Positions 16,588 through 26,116 of a stretch of DNA of 39,836 nt are shown piece after piece; within the stretch, counting starts at the first letter, position 1; every line of letters begins with the position of its first letter. The stretch lies in the sequence record OZ035739.1; one strand, written 5' to 3'. Origin of the DNA: Kayfunavirus AN24P4. The notes below the pieces were generated by a model that was not told the origin of the DNA, made no database searches, and saw nothing but the letters and a program-made list of their open reading frames with translations. The translations under genes and the position numbers were made by a program.

Positions 16588-18603
16588 ATGTTTGACCTTA
16601 AGAGTATCTGGGGTTCTGACATAGAGACCAACGGTCTCCTTGATACAGTCTCCCAGTTTCACTGTGGGGTCCTGATTAACGCCGAGTCGAATGAGACCCT
16701 TAAGTACGGGGTAGCTCCGATGGTCGGTATCGTCGGTGGCTTCAAAGAGTATGTTCATAAAGTGGAAGAGATTGCCGCATCGCCTGATGGTATGCTGGTA
16801 TTCCACAACGGTATCAACTATGACGTCCCGGCTATTGACAAGCTGAAGCGTCTGTACTTTGGGAAACGATTTAACTTCCCGAAACACAAGATGATTGATA
16901 CCTTGGTGCTGGGTCGCTTGATGTATCCAAACATTAAGTTCTCAGACATGGGCGCAGTGAAATCTGGTCGTCTGCCACCTAAGATGATGGGACGCCAGTC
17001 TCTTGAGGCTTGGGGCTATCGTCTCGGTGAGATGAAAGGTGAGTACAAACACGATTACGTTGCCAAGTGCAAGGCTGAAGGTATCGAATATAAGGCTGGG
17101 GACGAATGGTTGTTCCCGTCTCAGGAGATGCTGGACTATAACGTTCAAGACGTTGTGGTCACACTGGCGTTGTTCAAGAAGTTCCTGACTGACAAGTATT
17201 ACTTCCAGTCTGAACAGTTCGCTTTCGACCAGATTTATGCGTTGCGTCTGGAACATGACGCTGCTTGGACCTGTGCGAAGATGGAGCGTAACGGCTATCC
17301 GATGAACACCGAGATGGTTGAAGGCTTATATCGTGAACTCACCGTCAAACGTGCGGAGCTGCTGGACAAGCTGCGTTCGACTTTCGGCAGCTGGTATGCA
17401 CCAAAGGGAGGCAAGGAGTTCTTCAGGCACCCACGGACAGGTAAGGACCTTCCGAAGTATCCGCGAGTCGTGTATCCTAAGGTCGGGTCAGTATTCAAGA
17501 AGCCGAAGAACAAAGCTCAACGCTTAGGTCTGGAGCCTTGCGAGTTCGACTCACGAGACACGATGGAGGGAGCACCGTTCACACCTATCACTTACGTTGA
17601 GTTCAATCCGGGGAGCGGAGACCACTTAGCGAAAGTCTTGATGGAGCGTGGCTGGGAACCTGTGGACTTCACTGACACCGGGAAACCTGTAGTCGATGAC
17701 GAGACGTTAGAACACGTTAAGTTGCCAGACGAAGAGGCTCAGGCTTGCGTAGAGCTGGTCCGTGAGTATTTGGTAGTCCAGAAGCGCATCGGTCAGGCTG
17801 CTGAAGGTAAGAACGCATGGTTGAAACTTGTAGGCCCAGACGGACGTATGCACGGTTCAATCAACCCTTGTGGTGCAGTAACAGGACGTGCGACCCATAG
17901 CTCACCAAACATGGCTCAGGTTCCTGCTAACGGTGCTCCGTATGGTGAGACTTGCCGTGGTGCTTTCGGTGCAGCGTGGAACAAGAAGGACGGTGAGCCA
18001 GACCCTTGGATTCAAGTAGGCGTGGATGCTTCAGGTCTTGAGCTTCGTTGTCTGGGGAACCGAGCGGCTCCGTTTGATGGTGGAGACTATGCGAAGACTG
18101 TGGTCGAAGGGGACATCCACTGGGCCAACGCAGTAAACGCTGGGTTAGCACCTAACGTCCCACGCGATAAGTCGAACCACGACCATGAGGCTTTCCGCAA
18201 CAACGCCAAGACGTTCATCTATGCGTTCCTGTATGGCGCAGGGGCCGCTAAGATTGGACTTATAGTCGGCGGTGGTAAGAAGGAAGGTTCAGCTCTCATG
18301 AAGAAATTCATTGAGGGTACACCAGCCATCAAGGACCTCAGGGAAGCTGTGAGTAATACGTTAATATCAGACTCTAAGTGGGTGGACGGTGAGAACATCG
18401 TCAAGTGGAAACGCCGCTGGCTGAAAGGTCTAGATGGTAGACGTATCCACATCCGGTCGCCACACTCAGCACTTAACGCTCTACTTCAGGGTGATGGTGC
18501 GGTAGTCTGTAAGCACTGGATTGTCGAGACCGAGCGTATGCTGGAAGCCGAAGGATATGTCCACGGCTGGGATGGAGACTTTGCGTACATGGCATGGGTG
18601 CAT
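16588..18603 (+). CDS. DNA polymerase (T7 gp5-like), exon 1
   Basis: Start at ATG 16588 after ggagg; collinear with T7 gp5 (SDIE.N.LL, FHNG..YDVPA, KSGRLP, NP.GAVTGRATH, DASGLELRC, KTFIYAFLYGAG, DGDFAYMAWVH) but the frame ends at TAA directly after ...AWVH, 51 codons short of the T7 C-terminus. Confidence 0.9.
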
Positions 18604-19201
18604 TAACATCATGGTGCACATTAAATCTGGTGAACTCGGTGAACTCCTAATGGGACAATACCGAGCCAAGCCATAGGGAGGATGTATGAGAGGCAAGAAG
18701 TTAATTCTTGAGGCCACTGAGACTGGCTGCATAATCCCTACGTCACATAAATTGAATCAGGATGGATACTTCCGAAAGAGGACTAACGGTGTCCTTGAGA
18801 TGTATCATAGAACTGTATGGATTAAAGCTAATGGTCCAATACCTGAAGGTTTCGAAGTAGACCACAAGTGTCGGAATAGAGCTTGTTGCAACGTCGAACA
18901 TCTACAAGTATTAGACCGGGACTCACACTTAGTAAAGACCAACCAAGAGCGATACGCTGCTAGGAAGCTAGAAGCACGAGACTACTGGGTAGATACTGGG
19001 TGTACTGGAACGAAGTTAGCCGAAATATTCAATGTGTCGTTCTCAGCCGCCTGTGGGTGGATTAGGGAGTGGAAGGCGTAGAGACTATCCGAAAGGAGTA
19101 GGGCCGTGGGTGAGATTCCCACGTAACCCGAAGCGCCAGACAGTCACCTCAAAGACTGATGATATAGTCCGACACTTCCAGTAATGGGAGAATACAGAAA
19201 G
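18604..19201 (+). mobile_element. intervening sequence in the DNA polymerase gene, probably a self-splicing group I intron carrying an HNH endonuclease ORF
   Basis: About 598 nt between in-frame exon 1 end (...GTG CAT) and exon 2 start (GAT GAG...); last exon-1 base is T (U) and last intervening base is G, as at group I splice sites; contains an independent ORF with its own RBS; AT-rich. Confidence 0.7.
18686..19081 (+). CDS. HNH homing endonuclease (intron-encoded)
   Basis: 131-aa ORF with RBS gggagg; HNH-type motif (EVDHKCRNRACCNVEHLQ); lies entirely inside the intervening sequence in a different frame from the polymerase. Confidence 0.8.
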   Translation: MRGKKLILEATETGCIIPTSHKLNQDGYFRKRTNGVLEMYHRTVWIKANGPIPEGFEVDHKCRNRACCNVEHLQVLDRDSHLVKTNQERYAARKLEARDYWVDTGCTGTKLAEIFNVSFSAACGWIREWKA

Positions 19202-19357
19202 GATGAGTTACAGATTGCTTGTCGTACTCAAGAAATAGCAGAACGTACAGTCGAAATTGCTCAGCTTGCTATGCGTAAGGTGGGTGAGTTCTATAACTTT
19301 AAATGTGTCCTTGATACCGAAGGTAAGATTGGACCAACGTGGAAGGAGTGTCACTAA
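19202..19357 (+). CDS. DNA polymerase (T7 gp5-like), exon 2
   Basis: 51 codons DELQIACRTQEIAERTVEIAQLAMRKVGEFYNFKCVLDTEGKIGPTWKECH match the T7 gp5 C-terminus (DEIQVGCRTEEIAQ...LLDTEGKMGPNWAICH), in frame with exon 1 once the intervening sequence is removed. Confidence 0.85.
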   Translation, partial: DELQIACRTQEIAERTVEIAQLAMRKVGEFYNFKCVLDTEGKIGPTWKECH

Positions 19358-19647
19358 TGGCTATGACCAAACGTATGCGAGTTTCGTTCTCGCTGGGTGC
19401 TGTGTTGTCAACTGAAAACGTGGAGAACTTCAAGAAGACTCTCTGCGAGCTTAGCCGTAAGGTCCTCAACGGAGAGAAGACCACTGGTTTTGAGCGTAAG
19501 ATGGTAGAGGTTGGTGTGACTGAAGGTCTGGAAGCTGTAGTAGAATTGATCTTCAAGAAAGGTATCGTCGAGGGGCTGAAAGAAGACCTGAGCAGTTACG
19601 CTGACCAGCCAAGCTTTGGTAACTTCCGGGTGGAGTTCGAACGATGA
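19357..19647 (+). CDS. gp5.5-like protein (H-NS-binding protein family)
   Basis: Start MAMTKRMRVSF at ATG 19357 overlapping polymerase stop (TAATG); resembles T7 gp5.5 (MAMTKKFKVSF...). Confidence 0.8.
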   Translation: MAMTKRMRVSFSLGAVLSTENVENFKKTLCELSRKVLNGEKTTGFERKMVEVGVTEGLEAVVELIFKKGIVEGLKEDLSSYADQPSFGNFRVEFER

Positions 19648-19853
19648 GTGAATACTTACGGGTCCTAGCGGCCCTTAAGTCCTGCCCGAAGACCTTCCAG
19701 TCCAACTATGTGCGCAACAACGCTGCACTTGTGGCTGAGGCTGCGAGTCGTGGACATCTAAGCTGCCTGTCTATGGATGGGCGTAACAACGGTGCGTGGG
19801 AGATTACAGCTGCTGGCACCAAATTCCTGAACCAACACGGAGGATGCCTGTGA
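19644..19853 (+). CDS. gp5.7-like protein
   Basis: 69 aa; MSEYL.VL.A..SCPKTFQSNYVRNNA.LVAEAASRGH.SCL...GRN.GAWEITA.GT.FL...GGC near-identical pattern to T7 gp5.7. Confidence 0.85.
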   Translation: MSEYLRVLAALKSCPKTFQSNYVRNNAALVAEAASRGHLSCLSMDGRNNGAWEITAAGTKFLNQHGGCL

Positions 19854-20716
19854 GCGAAAAGAAAATAGCTCTGGTGCTAGACGGTGACTACTTAGTGTTC
19901 TCTTCTATGGCTGCTGCCGAGGACGAGACAGACTGGGGTGATGGCATATGGACCCTTATCTGCGACCATGAGAAGGCTCGTCGTATCCTTGAGAACACCA
20001 TCGCTGAAATCGTTAAGAAGCGTAAGGCGTGGAAAGACGCTAAGATTGTGATGTGCTTTACTGACGATAACAACTGGCGTAAGGACGTGCTACCTACCTA
20101 TAAGGCCAATCGTAAAGGTTCCCGCAAGCCTGTAGGTTACAAGAAGTTCGTAGCCGAAGTGATGGCTGACCCACGGTTCAACAGCTTCCTGCGTCCTACG
20201 CTTGAGGGCGATGACTGTATGGGTATCATCGGGACCAGACCTCAGATTGTTGGATGTGACCATGCGGTTCTGGTGTCCTGTGATAAGGACTTCAAGACCA
20301 TCCCGAACTGCGAGTTCTTCTGGTTAACCACTGGTGAAATACTAAGTCATACGACTGCTGAGGCAGACTACTGGCACATGGAGCAGACCATCAAGGGTGA
20401 CACTACAGATGGTTATGGCGGGATTCCTGGGATGGGTGAGGACACCACTCGTGCGTTCCTTGACGAGCCGTACTACTTCGTGCAGGAGAGCCGTGAGCTT
20501 AAGACTGGCAAGAACAAAGGCCAGATTAAGACTGAGTGGAAGAAGTACCCTAAGCGTGAAGACATGACGCTGTGGGACTGCATGGTGACTCTGGCTGCTA
20601 AAGCTGGGATGACCGAGGAGGAACTTCTGGTCCAAGCTCAGGTAGCTCGTATTTGCCGAGCCTCTGACTATGACCCTAAGTCAAAGGAGGTCATCCTATG
20701 GACACCATCCATGTAA
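19844..20716 (+). CDS. 5'-3' exonuclease (T7 gp6-like)
   Basis: Start at internal ATG 19844 (RBS cacggagg); DGD.LVF, CDH.KAR.ILE, KANRK...KPVGY, LEGDD.MG.I, SCDKDFKTIPNC, QTIKGD.TDGY.GI.G.G, LWDC...AKAGMTEE collinear with T7 gp6. Confidence 0.92.
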   Translation: MPVSEKKIALVLDGDYLVFSSMAAAEDETDWGDGIWTLICDHEKARRILENTIAEIVKKRKAWKDAKIVMCFTDDNNWRKDVLPTYKANRKGSRKPVGYKKFVAEVMADPRFNSFLRPTLEGDDCMGIIGTRPQIVGCDHAVLVSCDKDFKTIPNCEFFWLTTGEILSHTTAEADYWHMEQTIKGDTTDGYGGIPGMGEDTTRAFLDEPYYFVQESRELKTGKNKGQIKTEWKKYPKREDMTLWDCMVTLAAKAGMTEEELLVQAQVARICRASDYDPKSKEVILWTPSM

Positions 20717-20790
20717 TATACTGGGCCGGACTTCTGGCCCTTTACTGCATGTATAAGTGGTTCGGGTCGAACAACCGTCCTAAACACTGA
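20698..20790 (+). CDS. small hydrophobic protein (30 aa), gene 6.3 position
   Basis: RBS aaggagg 8 nt upstream; hydrophobic core YWAGLLALYCMYKWF; overlaps the end of gene 6. Confidence 0.4.
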   Translation: MDTIHVIYWAGLLALYCMYKWFGSNNRPKH

Positions 20791-20842
20791 GTCTAACAGA
20801 TAGTCATATCCTATCAATCCAATAGTCATCCATAGGTGAAAC

Positions 20843-20865
20843 ACTAAACTATCACTATAGGGACT
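20843..20865 (+). promoter_or_regulatory. phage RNAP promoter (phi6.5-like)
   Basis: cactaaactatcactataGGGact; +1 about 20860. Confidence 0.75.
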
Positions 20866-20926
20866 TTAGGACCTAAGATATGACTATAAGATAGACTTTA
20901 GTCTTAACTTAAAGAGGAGATTCAAG

Positions 20927-21199
20927 ATGGCGATTAATGCTATTGAAAACGTTGTTAAGCAGTTACAGGAAGAAAGACTCGATGTCCCGAACATCTCCCA
21001 GTCTGCCATCCAGTTCATGCACGTATTGTTTAACGCAAGCTACGCTGAGAAGATGGGAGCTATCAGTCTCCTCAAGCAGCAAGGCTACAGCGATGCGTTC
21101 ATTGCCGGATTCATCAAGGGTCTCCAGTATTGTTCTGACACTCTCGACTCTGCGATTGCTATGCGTCGTGAGCTGAAAGATACCGTTCAGTTCGATTAA
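20927..21199 (+). CDS. gp6.5-like protein
   Basis: 90-aa ORF with RBS agaggag downstream of the phi6.5-like promoter; assignment mainly by position. Confidence 0.6.
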   Translation: MAINAIENVVKQLQEERLDVPNISQSAIQFMHVLFNASYAEKMGAISLLKQQGYSDAFIAGFIKGLQYCSDTLDSAIAMRRELKDTVQFD

Positions 21200-21213
21200 C
21201 TGTAGGAGGGACT

Positions 21214-21438
21214 ATGTGTTTCAGTCCAAAGATTAGCACTCCGAAGCCTTCGGTCCAAGCACCTGAACCAGCACCTCTGAGTGAGGAAGTTGCGTCAGTT
21301 GACATCGGGGCTGAATCGGATGTGGACACAAACGAGACCAAAGGTATCAAAGACCTTAAGGTTAAGAAGGAGTCTGCACCTAAAGATAAATCGTCAGTGA
21401 GCCGCGCTATGCGAGCCTCTGGCGTAAACATGGGGTAA
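21214..21438 (+). CDS. gp6.7-like virion protein
   Basis: 74 aa; MCFSPKI.TPK...EPAPL..EV.SV resembles T7 gp6.7. Confidence 0.8.
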   Translation: MCFSPKISTPKPSVQAPEPAPLSEEVASVDIGAESDVDTNETKGIKDLKVKKESAPKDKSSVSRAMRASGVNMG

Positions 21439-21442
21439 GACA

Positions 21443-21847
21443 ATGCTACCATATCTCAACTCACGCGAAGGTCGCCACATGTGCTCCTGTCGCCTCTGGG
21501 AAGACGGGCAGTCTAACTTCAAGTCATTCGAGGACTTCAAGGCTCATACCTACCGTATGGCTGACGAGTTCGAAGGTGAAGAGTACACAATCTACGATGT
21601 CTCAGGTCAACCAGTAGCGTATCTCTACATGCTGGCTACCGCATCTTGGCACCGACCGACTCCCGGTCTTGACCTTTCAATCGTCGCTATTCGTCGTGAC
21701 TCGCAGTCCTCCCGCAAGGTTCTTGAGACTGTCAGGCACATCATAGATGAAGAGTGCAAGCGTTGGGGTCTTGGCTGGTATTCTCGTGTCAAGCATGTTT
21801 CCGGGTCGGTAGACATCGTAACAACTAAGGAGATTAACCGTGGGTAA
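21443..21847 (+). CDS. gp7-position protein (134 aa), function unknown
   Basis: ORF between 6.7 and 7.3 homologs; assignment by position. Confidence 0.6.
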   Translation: MLPYLNSREGRHMCSCRLWEDGQSNFKSFEDFKAHTYRMADEFEGEEYTIYDVSGQPVAYLYMLATASWHRPTPGLDLSIVAIRRDSQSSRKVLETVRHIIDEECKRWGLGWYSRVKHVSGSVDIVTTKEINRG

Positions 21848-22091
21848 ATCAATCAGTAAGGCTTTCAAGAAAGTGGTGAACAGTGCGCTAGGGACCGTTG
21901 GTCTCGGCAAGGACGATGCACCTAAGGTTGTTGAGGCTCCGACCCCAGCAGCAGCACCAGTGGAAGTCCCGAACGACAAAGTGGAGGATGTGGATACTGA
22001 ATCAACCGCATCTGACGAGAAGAAAGTGAAGCGTTCCGGTAAGCGTAGCCTTCAGGTCTCTCGCACCTCTGGTGGCGGTATTTCTATTTAA
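21840..22091 (+). CDS. gp7.3-like tail/virion protein
   Basis: 83 aa; MGK...K..KKV start and C-terminal SGKRSLQVSRTSGGGISI matching the T7 gp7.3 C-terminus (KKSLSVARSSGGGINI). Confidence 0.8.
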   Translation: MGKSISKAFKKVVNSALGTVGLGKDDAPKVVEAPTPAAAPVEVPNDKVEDVDTESTASDEKKVKRSGKRSLQVSRTSGGGISI

Positions 22092-22102
22092 GGAGGTGAC
22101 GA

Positions 22103-23671
22103 ATGGCTGAACGTGAAGGGTTCGCTGCTGAAGGAGCCAAAGCGGTCTATGACCGACTGAAGAACGGTAGACAGCCATATGAGACACGCGCTCAGAACTG
22201 TGCTGCTGTCACTATCCCGTCACTGTTTCCTAAGGAGTCAGACAACTCATCTACTGAGTATACCACTCCGTGGCAATCCGTAGGTGCTCGCTGCTTGAAC
22301 AACTTGGCTGCAAAGCTGATGTTGGCGTTATTCCCTCAGTCACCATGGATGAGACTGACAGTCTCCGAATATGAGGCAAAGACCTTGAGTCAGGACTCAG
22401 AGGCCGCTGCTCGTGTTGACGAAGGGCTGGCTATGGTCGAGCGGGTGTTGATGGCCTACATGGAGACTAACAGTTTCCGTGTCCCATTGTTCGAGGCCTT
22501 GAAGCAGCTTATCGTCTCCGGTAACTGTCTGCTCTACATCCCTCCTCCAGAACAAGGAACCTACAGTCCGATGCGGATGTACCGCTTAGTGTCTTACGTT
22601 GTTCAACGTGATGCGTTCGGTAACATCTTGCAGATTGTGACTCTCGACAAGGTAGCTTTCAGTGCTCTACCGGAAGACGTGAAGTCTCAACTCAATGCAG
22701 ACGACTATGAGCCTGACACCGAGCTGGAAGTGTATACGCACATCTACCGTCAGGACGACGAGTATCTGCGCTACGAGGAAGTGGAAGGAATTGAGGTAGC
22801 AGGGACCGAGGGTTCTTACCCACTGACTGCATGTCCGTACATCCCGGTACGAATGGTTCGACTGGATGGTGAAGACTACGGTCGTTCTTATTGCGAGGAG
22901 TATCTGGGAGACCTGAACTCGCTGGAGACGATTACAGAAGCTATCACCAAAATGGCTAAGGTAGCCTCCAAGGTGGTGGGCCTCGTTAACCCGAACGGTA
23001 TCACGCAACCTCGTCGTCTGAACAAGGCGGCTACAGGTGAGTTCGTGGCTGGTCGCGTTGAGGACATCAACTTCCTGCAACTGACGAAAGGTCAGGACTT
23101 TACGATTGCCAAGTCGGTGGCTGACGCTATCGAGCAACGTTTAGGCTGGGCCTTCCTTCTTAATAGTGCTGTTCAGCGTAATGCCGAGCGAGTCACTGCT
23201 GAAGAGATTCGTTATGTTGCTGGAGAACTGGAGGCGACCTTAGGTGGCGTGTACTCAGTACAGTCACAAGAGCTTCAGTTACCTATCGTCCGTGTTCTGA
23301 TGAACCAGCTTCAGTCTGCTGGAATGATTCCTGACCTTCCGAAAGAAGCGGTAGAGCCTACGGTCTCCACTGGTCTGGAAGCGTTAGGTCGTGGTCAAGA
23401 CTTAGAGAAGCTAACTCAGGCAGTCAACATGATGACCGGGCTACAGCCTCTGCAACAGGACCCAGACATTAACTTGCCGACCCTGAAGCTGCGACTGCTG
23501 AATGCCTTAGGTATTGACACTGCTGGCTTGCTGCTGACCCAGGACGAGAAGTTGCAACGTATGGCTGAACAATCCGCTCAAGGAGCTGTGGTCAACGGTG
23601 CGTCTGCTGCTGGTGCTAACATGGGAGCTACTGTTGGACAAGTAGCTGGTGAGGACGTGGCTCAAGCCTAA
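22103..23671 (+). CDS. portal (head-to-tail connector) protein (T7 gp8-like)
   Basis: 522-aa ORF in the conserved position upstream of scaffold and capsid genes; size and order match T7 gp8. Confidence 0.93.
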   Translation: MAEREGFAAEGAKAVYDRLKNGRQPYETRAQNCAAVTIPSLFPKESDNSSTEYTTPWQSVGARCLNNLAAKLMLALFPQSPWMRLTVSEYEAKTLSQDSEAAARVDEGLAMVERVLMAYMETNSFRVPLFEALKQLIVSGNCLLYIPPPEQGTYSPMRMYRLVSYVVQRDAFGNILQIVTLDKVAFSALPEDVKSQLNADDYEPDTELEVYTHIYRQDDEYLRYEEVEGIEVAGTEGSYPLTACPYIPVRMVRLDGEDYGRSYCEEYLGDLNSLETITEAITKMAKVASKVVGLVNPNGITQPRRLNKAATGEFVAGRVEDINFLQLTKGQDFTIAKSVADAIEQRLGWAFLLNSAVQRNAERVTAEEIRYVAGELEATLGGVYSVQSQELQLPIVRVLMNQLQSAGMIPDLPKEAVEPTVSTGLEALGRGQDLEKLTQAVNMMTGLQPLQQDPDINLPTLKLRLLNALGIDTAGLLLTQDEKLQRMAEQSAQGAVVNGASAAGANMGATVGQVAGEDVAQA

Positions 23672-23689
23672 ACTATCACTATAGGAACA
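23667..23689 (+). promoter_or_regulatory. phage RNAP promoter (phi9-like)
   Basis: cctaaactatcactataGGAaca; +1 about 23684. Confidence 0.75.
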
Positions 23690-23786
23690 CCGAAAGTAAG
23701 AGCGACTAAGCAGACCATATGGTAGCCGTTAGTTCCACACTGCAAGTAGGTGTTTACCTATTAACGACTTAAAGGAGAACGACTCA

Positions 23787-24674
23787 ATGTCTCAATCAGT
23801 TTATGCCGAGTTCGGCGTTAGCTCTAATGCAATCACTGGTTCCGTTGAGGACCTGAACGAACACCAAAAGTCTATGCTTGAACAGGACGTAGCTGTTCGT
23901 GATGGTGACGACGCTATTACCTTCAAGCAACTGGAAGCCGAAAACGAAGAGGCTACCGAAGAAGACGAGAACGTCGAAGAGGCTGAAGGTGAAGAAGAAG
24001 ACCACGAGTCCGATGACGAAGAGTCTGAGACCGATGGTGAGCAGCCTGAGTTCATTGAACTGGGTGATGCACCGAAAGAGCTGACCGAAAGTGTCACCGC
24101 TCTGGATGAAAACGAAGCTGCATTCGACGACATGGTGTCTTCTGCTGTGGAAGCTGGCAAGGTCACTGCTGATGAAATTACCGCTATCAAGGCTGAATAC
24201 GCCAAGGACGGTAAGCTGTCTGACGCATCCTACGCTAAGTTGCAGGAAGCAGGTTACACCAAGCGTTTCGTAGATTCGTTTGTCCGTGGTCAGGAAGCTC
24301 TGGCTGAACAGTATGCTACTGGAGTGGTTCGCTACGCTGGTGGAGCTGAACAGTTTAACCGCATTCTGTCTCACCTTGAGTCAACCGACCCGTCAACTCG
24401 TGAGGCACTGGAAGCTGCTATCGTTCGTAAGGACATTGCGACTACCAAAGCTCTGCTGAATCTGGCTGGCAAGACTCTTGGTAAAGCTGTAGGAGTTAAA
24501 CCTCAGCGTACCATCACCAATCGGGCTAAACCTGTGGTAGCACCTAAGGCTCCTAAGACCGAAGCATTCAGCTCTAAGGCTGACATGATTAAGGCTATGA
24601 GTGACCCGCGATACCTGCGTGACGCTAAGTACACGATGGAAGTGCGCGCTAAGGTAGCTGCATCGAGCCTGTAG
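23787..24674 (+). CDS. capsid assembly scaffolding protein (T7 gp9-like)
   Basis: 295 aa, very acidic (Glu/Asp-rich tracts), located between portal and major capsid genes. Confidence 0.9.
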   Translation: MSQSVYAEFGVSSNAITGSVEDLNEHQKSMLEQDVAVRDGDDAITFKQLEAENEEATEEDENVEEAEGEEEDHESDDEESETDGEQPEFIELGDAPKELTESVTALDENEAAFDDMVSSAVEAGKVTADEITAIKAEYAKDGKLSDASYAKLQEAGYTKRFVDSFVRGQEALAEQYATGVVRYAGGAEQFNRILSHLESTDPSTREALEAAIVRKDIATTKALLNLAGKTLGKAVGVKPQRTITNRAKPVVAPKAPKTEAFSSKADMIKAMSDPRYLRDAKYTMEVRAKVAASSL

Positions 24675-24675
24675 G

Positions 24676-24698
24676 ACTAAACTATCACTATAGGGAGA
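24676..24698 (+). promoter_or_regulatory. phage RNAP promoter (phi10-like), closest to full consensus
   Basis: actaaactatcactataGGGAGAcc; +1 about 24693; drives the major capsid gene. Confidence 0.8.
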
Positions 24699-24800
24699 CC
24701 AAGAGACAGATTCAAGGTTTCCCTATTACTTCAGTCCATACGGATTGGGCGTACAGTAAGTAATAAACTTTATCTTTCAATTTAATAGGAGAATTATCAT

Positions 24801-25850
24801 ATGGCAAACGTTCCGGGTCAGAAAATTGGTACAGACCAAGGTAAAGGCAAATCCAGTTCCGACGCTCTGGCGTTGTTCCTGAAGGTATTTGCTGGTGAAG
24901 TCCTGACCGCATTCACTCGCCGCTCTGTAACTGCTGACAAGCATATTGTCCGTACCATTCAGAACGGTAAGTCTGCTCAGTTCCCGGTCATGGGTCGCAC
25001 ATCTGGTGTGTATCTGGCTCCTGGTGAGCGACTGTCCGATAAGCGTAAAGGTATCAAACATACCGAGAAAGTGATTACCATTGACGGTCTGCTGACTGCC
25101 GATGTGATGATTTTCGACATTGAAGACGCGATGAACCACTATGACGTGGCTGGCGAGTACTCCAACCAGTTGGGTGAGGCTCTGGCTATCGCTGCTGATG
25201 GTGCGGTTCTGGCTGAAATGGCTCTCCTGTGCAACCTCCCGGCTGCATCCAACGAGAACATTGCCGGTCTGGGCACTGCGTCAGTACTTGAAGTTGGTAC
25301 TAAAACCGACCTGAACACTCCGGCTAAGCTGGGCGAAGCAATCATCGGTCAACTGACCATTGCTCGTGCGAAGCTGACCTCCAACTACGTTCCTGCTGGC
25401 GACCGTTACTTCTACACCACGCCGGACAACTACTCTGCAATCCTCGCGGCTCTGATGCCGAACGCTGCTAACTATGCTGCGCTGATTGACCCAGAGACTG
25501 GTAACATCCGTAACGTGATGGGCTTCGTTGTTGTTGAAGTCCCGCATCTGGTACAGGGTGGCGCTGGTGAGACTCGTGGTGACGATGGCATCTCTATCGC
25601 TTCCGGTCAGAAACACGCATTCCCGGCAACTGCTACTGGCGACGTTAAAGTTGCTATGAACAACGTTGTGGGTCTGTTCTCTCACCGTTCTGCTGTGGGT
25701 ACTGTGAAGCTGCGTGACTTGGCGCTGGAACGTGACCGCGACGTCGATGCTCAGGGCGACCTGATTGTTGGTAAGTATGCTATGGGTCACGGTGGTCTGC
25801 GTCCTGAAGCAGCGGGCGCACTGGTTTTCACAGCAGCGTCAGCGGGTTAA
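24801..25850 (+). CDS. major capsid protein 10A (T7 gp10A-like)
   Basis: 349 aa; near-collinear with T7 gp10A (LALFLKVF.GEVLTAF.R.SVT, SAQFPV.GRT, KHTEKVITIDGLLTADV.I.DIEDAMNHYDV, NVMGF.VVEVPHL, GTVKLRDLALER, KYAMGHGGLRPEAAGA). Confidence 0.97.
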   Translation: MANVPGQKIGTDQGKGKSSSDALALFLKVFAGEVLTAFTRRSVTADKHIVRTIQNGKSAQFPVMGRTSGVYLAPGERLSDKRKGIKHTEKVITIDGLLTADVMIFDIEDAMNHYDVAGEYSNQLGEALAIAADGAVLAEMALLCNLPAASNENIAGLGTASVLEVGTKTDLNTPAKLGEAIIGQLTIARAKLTSNYVPAGDRYFYTTPDNYSAILAALMPNAANYAALIDPETGNIRNVMGFVVVEVPHLVQGGAGETRGDDGISIASGQKHAFPATATGDVKVAMNNVVGLFSHRSAVGTVKLRDLALERDRDVDAQGDLIVGKYAMGHGGLRPEAAGALVFTAASAG

Positions 25851-26113
25851 CGACCTTTAAGGCCCTCTCTACCGAGGGTCCTACCTTAGAGACGTATAGT
25901 TCTACGGTGGGGACCAGCCTGAAGGTTGACTTCCCTGAGCTTTCAGATGTGACCGATTGGTCGCTGCTTGAGGTGACTACGCCTGATGGTGTTAGCTACT
26001 CCCGTAGAACCAACAGTCTCTACTTCAAGGCCACCTCTGGCGTGGAAGGTCTGGTGATTGTTGGGTATGACGGTTCGCCTGTGCGTTCCTTCAACGTATC
26101 TTTCACAAACTAA
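25823..26113 (+). CDS. predicted capsid 10B C-terminal extension reached by -1 ribosomal frameshift
   Basis: Slippery heptamer G GTT TTC at 25823-25829 near the end of 10A; the -1 frame is open from 25808 to 26113 and ends 4 nt before the Tphi-like terminator; the ORF track shows its distal part as 25907..26113. Confidence 0.55.
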   Translation, partial: GFHSSVSGLTTFKALSTEGPTLETYSSTVGTSLKVDFPELSDVTDWSLLEVTTPDGVSYSRRTNSLYFKATSGVEGLVIVGYDGSPVRSFNVSFTN

Positions 26114-26116
26114 TTG

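Noticed and set aside
18604-19201. Intein in the DNA polymerase
   Set aside because: The insert is not in frame with the polymerase (exon 1 ends at a stop codon) and carries a separately initiated HNH ORF. This is consistent with an intron, not an intein.
23796-24374. Minus-strand ORFs of 60-192 aa (for example 23796..24374, 25281..25790, 6547..6921, 22667..23137)
   Set aside because: All lie antisense to well-supported, conserved + strand genes, lack promoters in that orientation, and T7-like phages transcribe one strand only. Treated as chance ORFs.
25907-26113. Independent 68-aa gene starting at GTG 25907
   Set aside because: No RBS upstream. The frame is continuously open back to the capsid slippery site, so it is more simply explained as the 10B frameshift extension.
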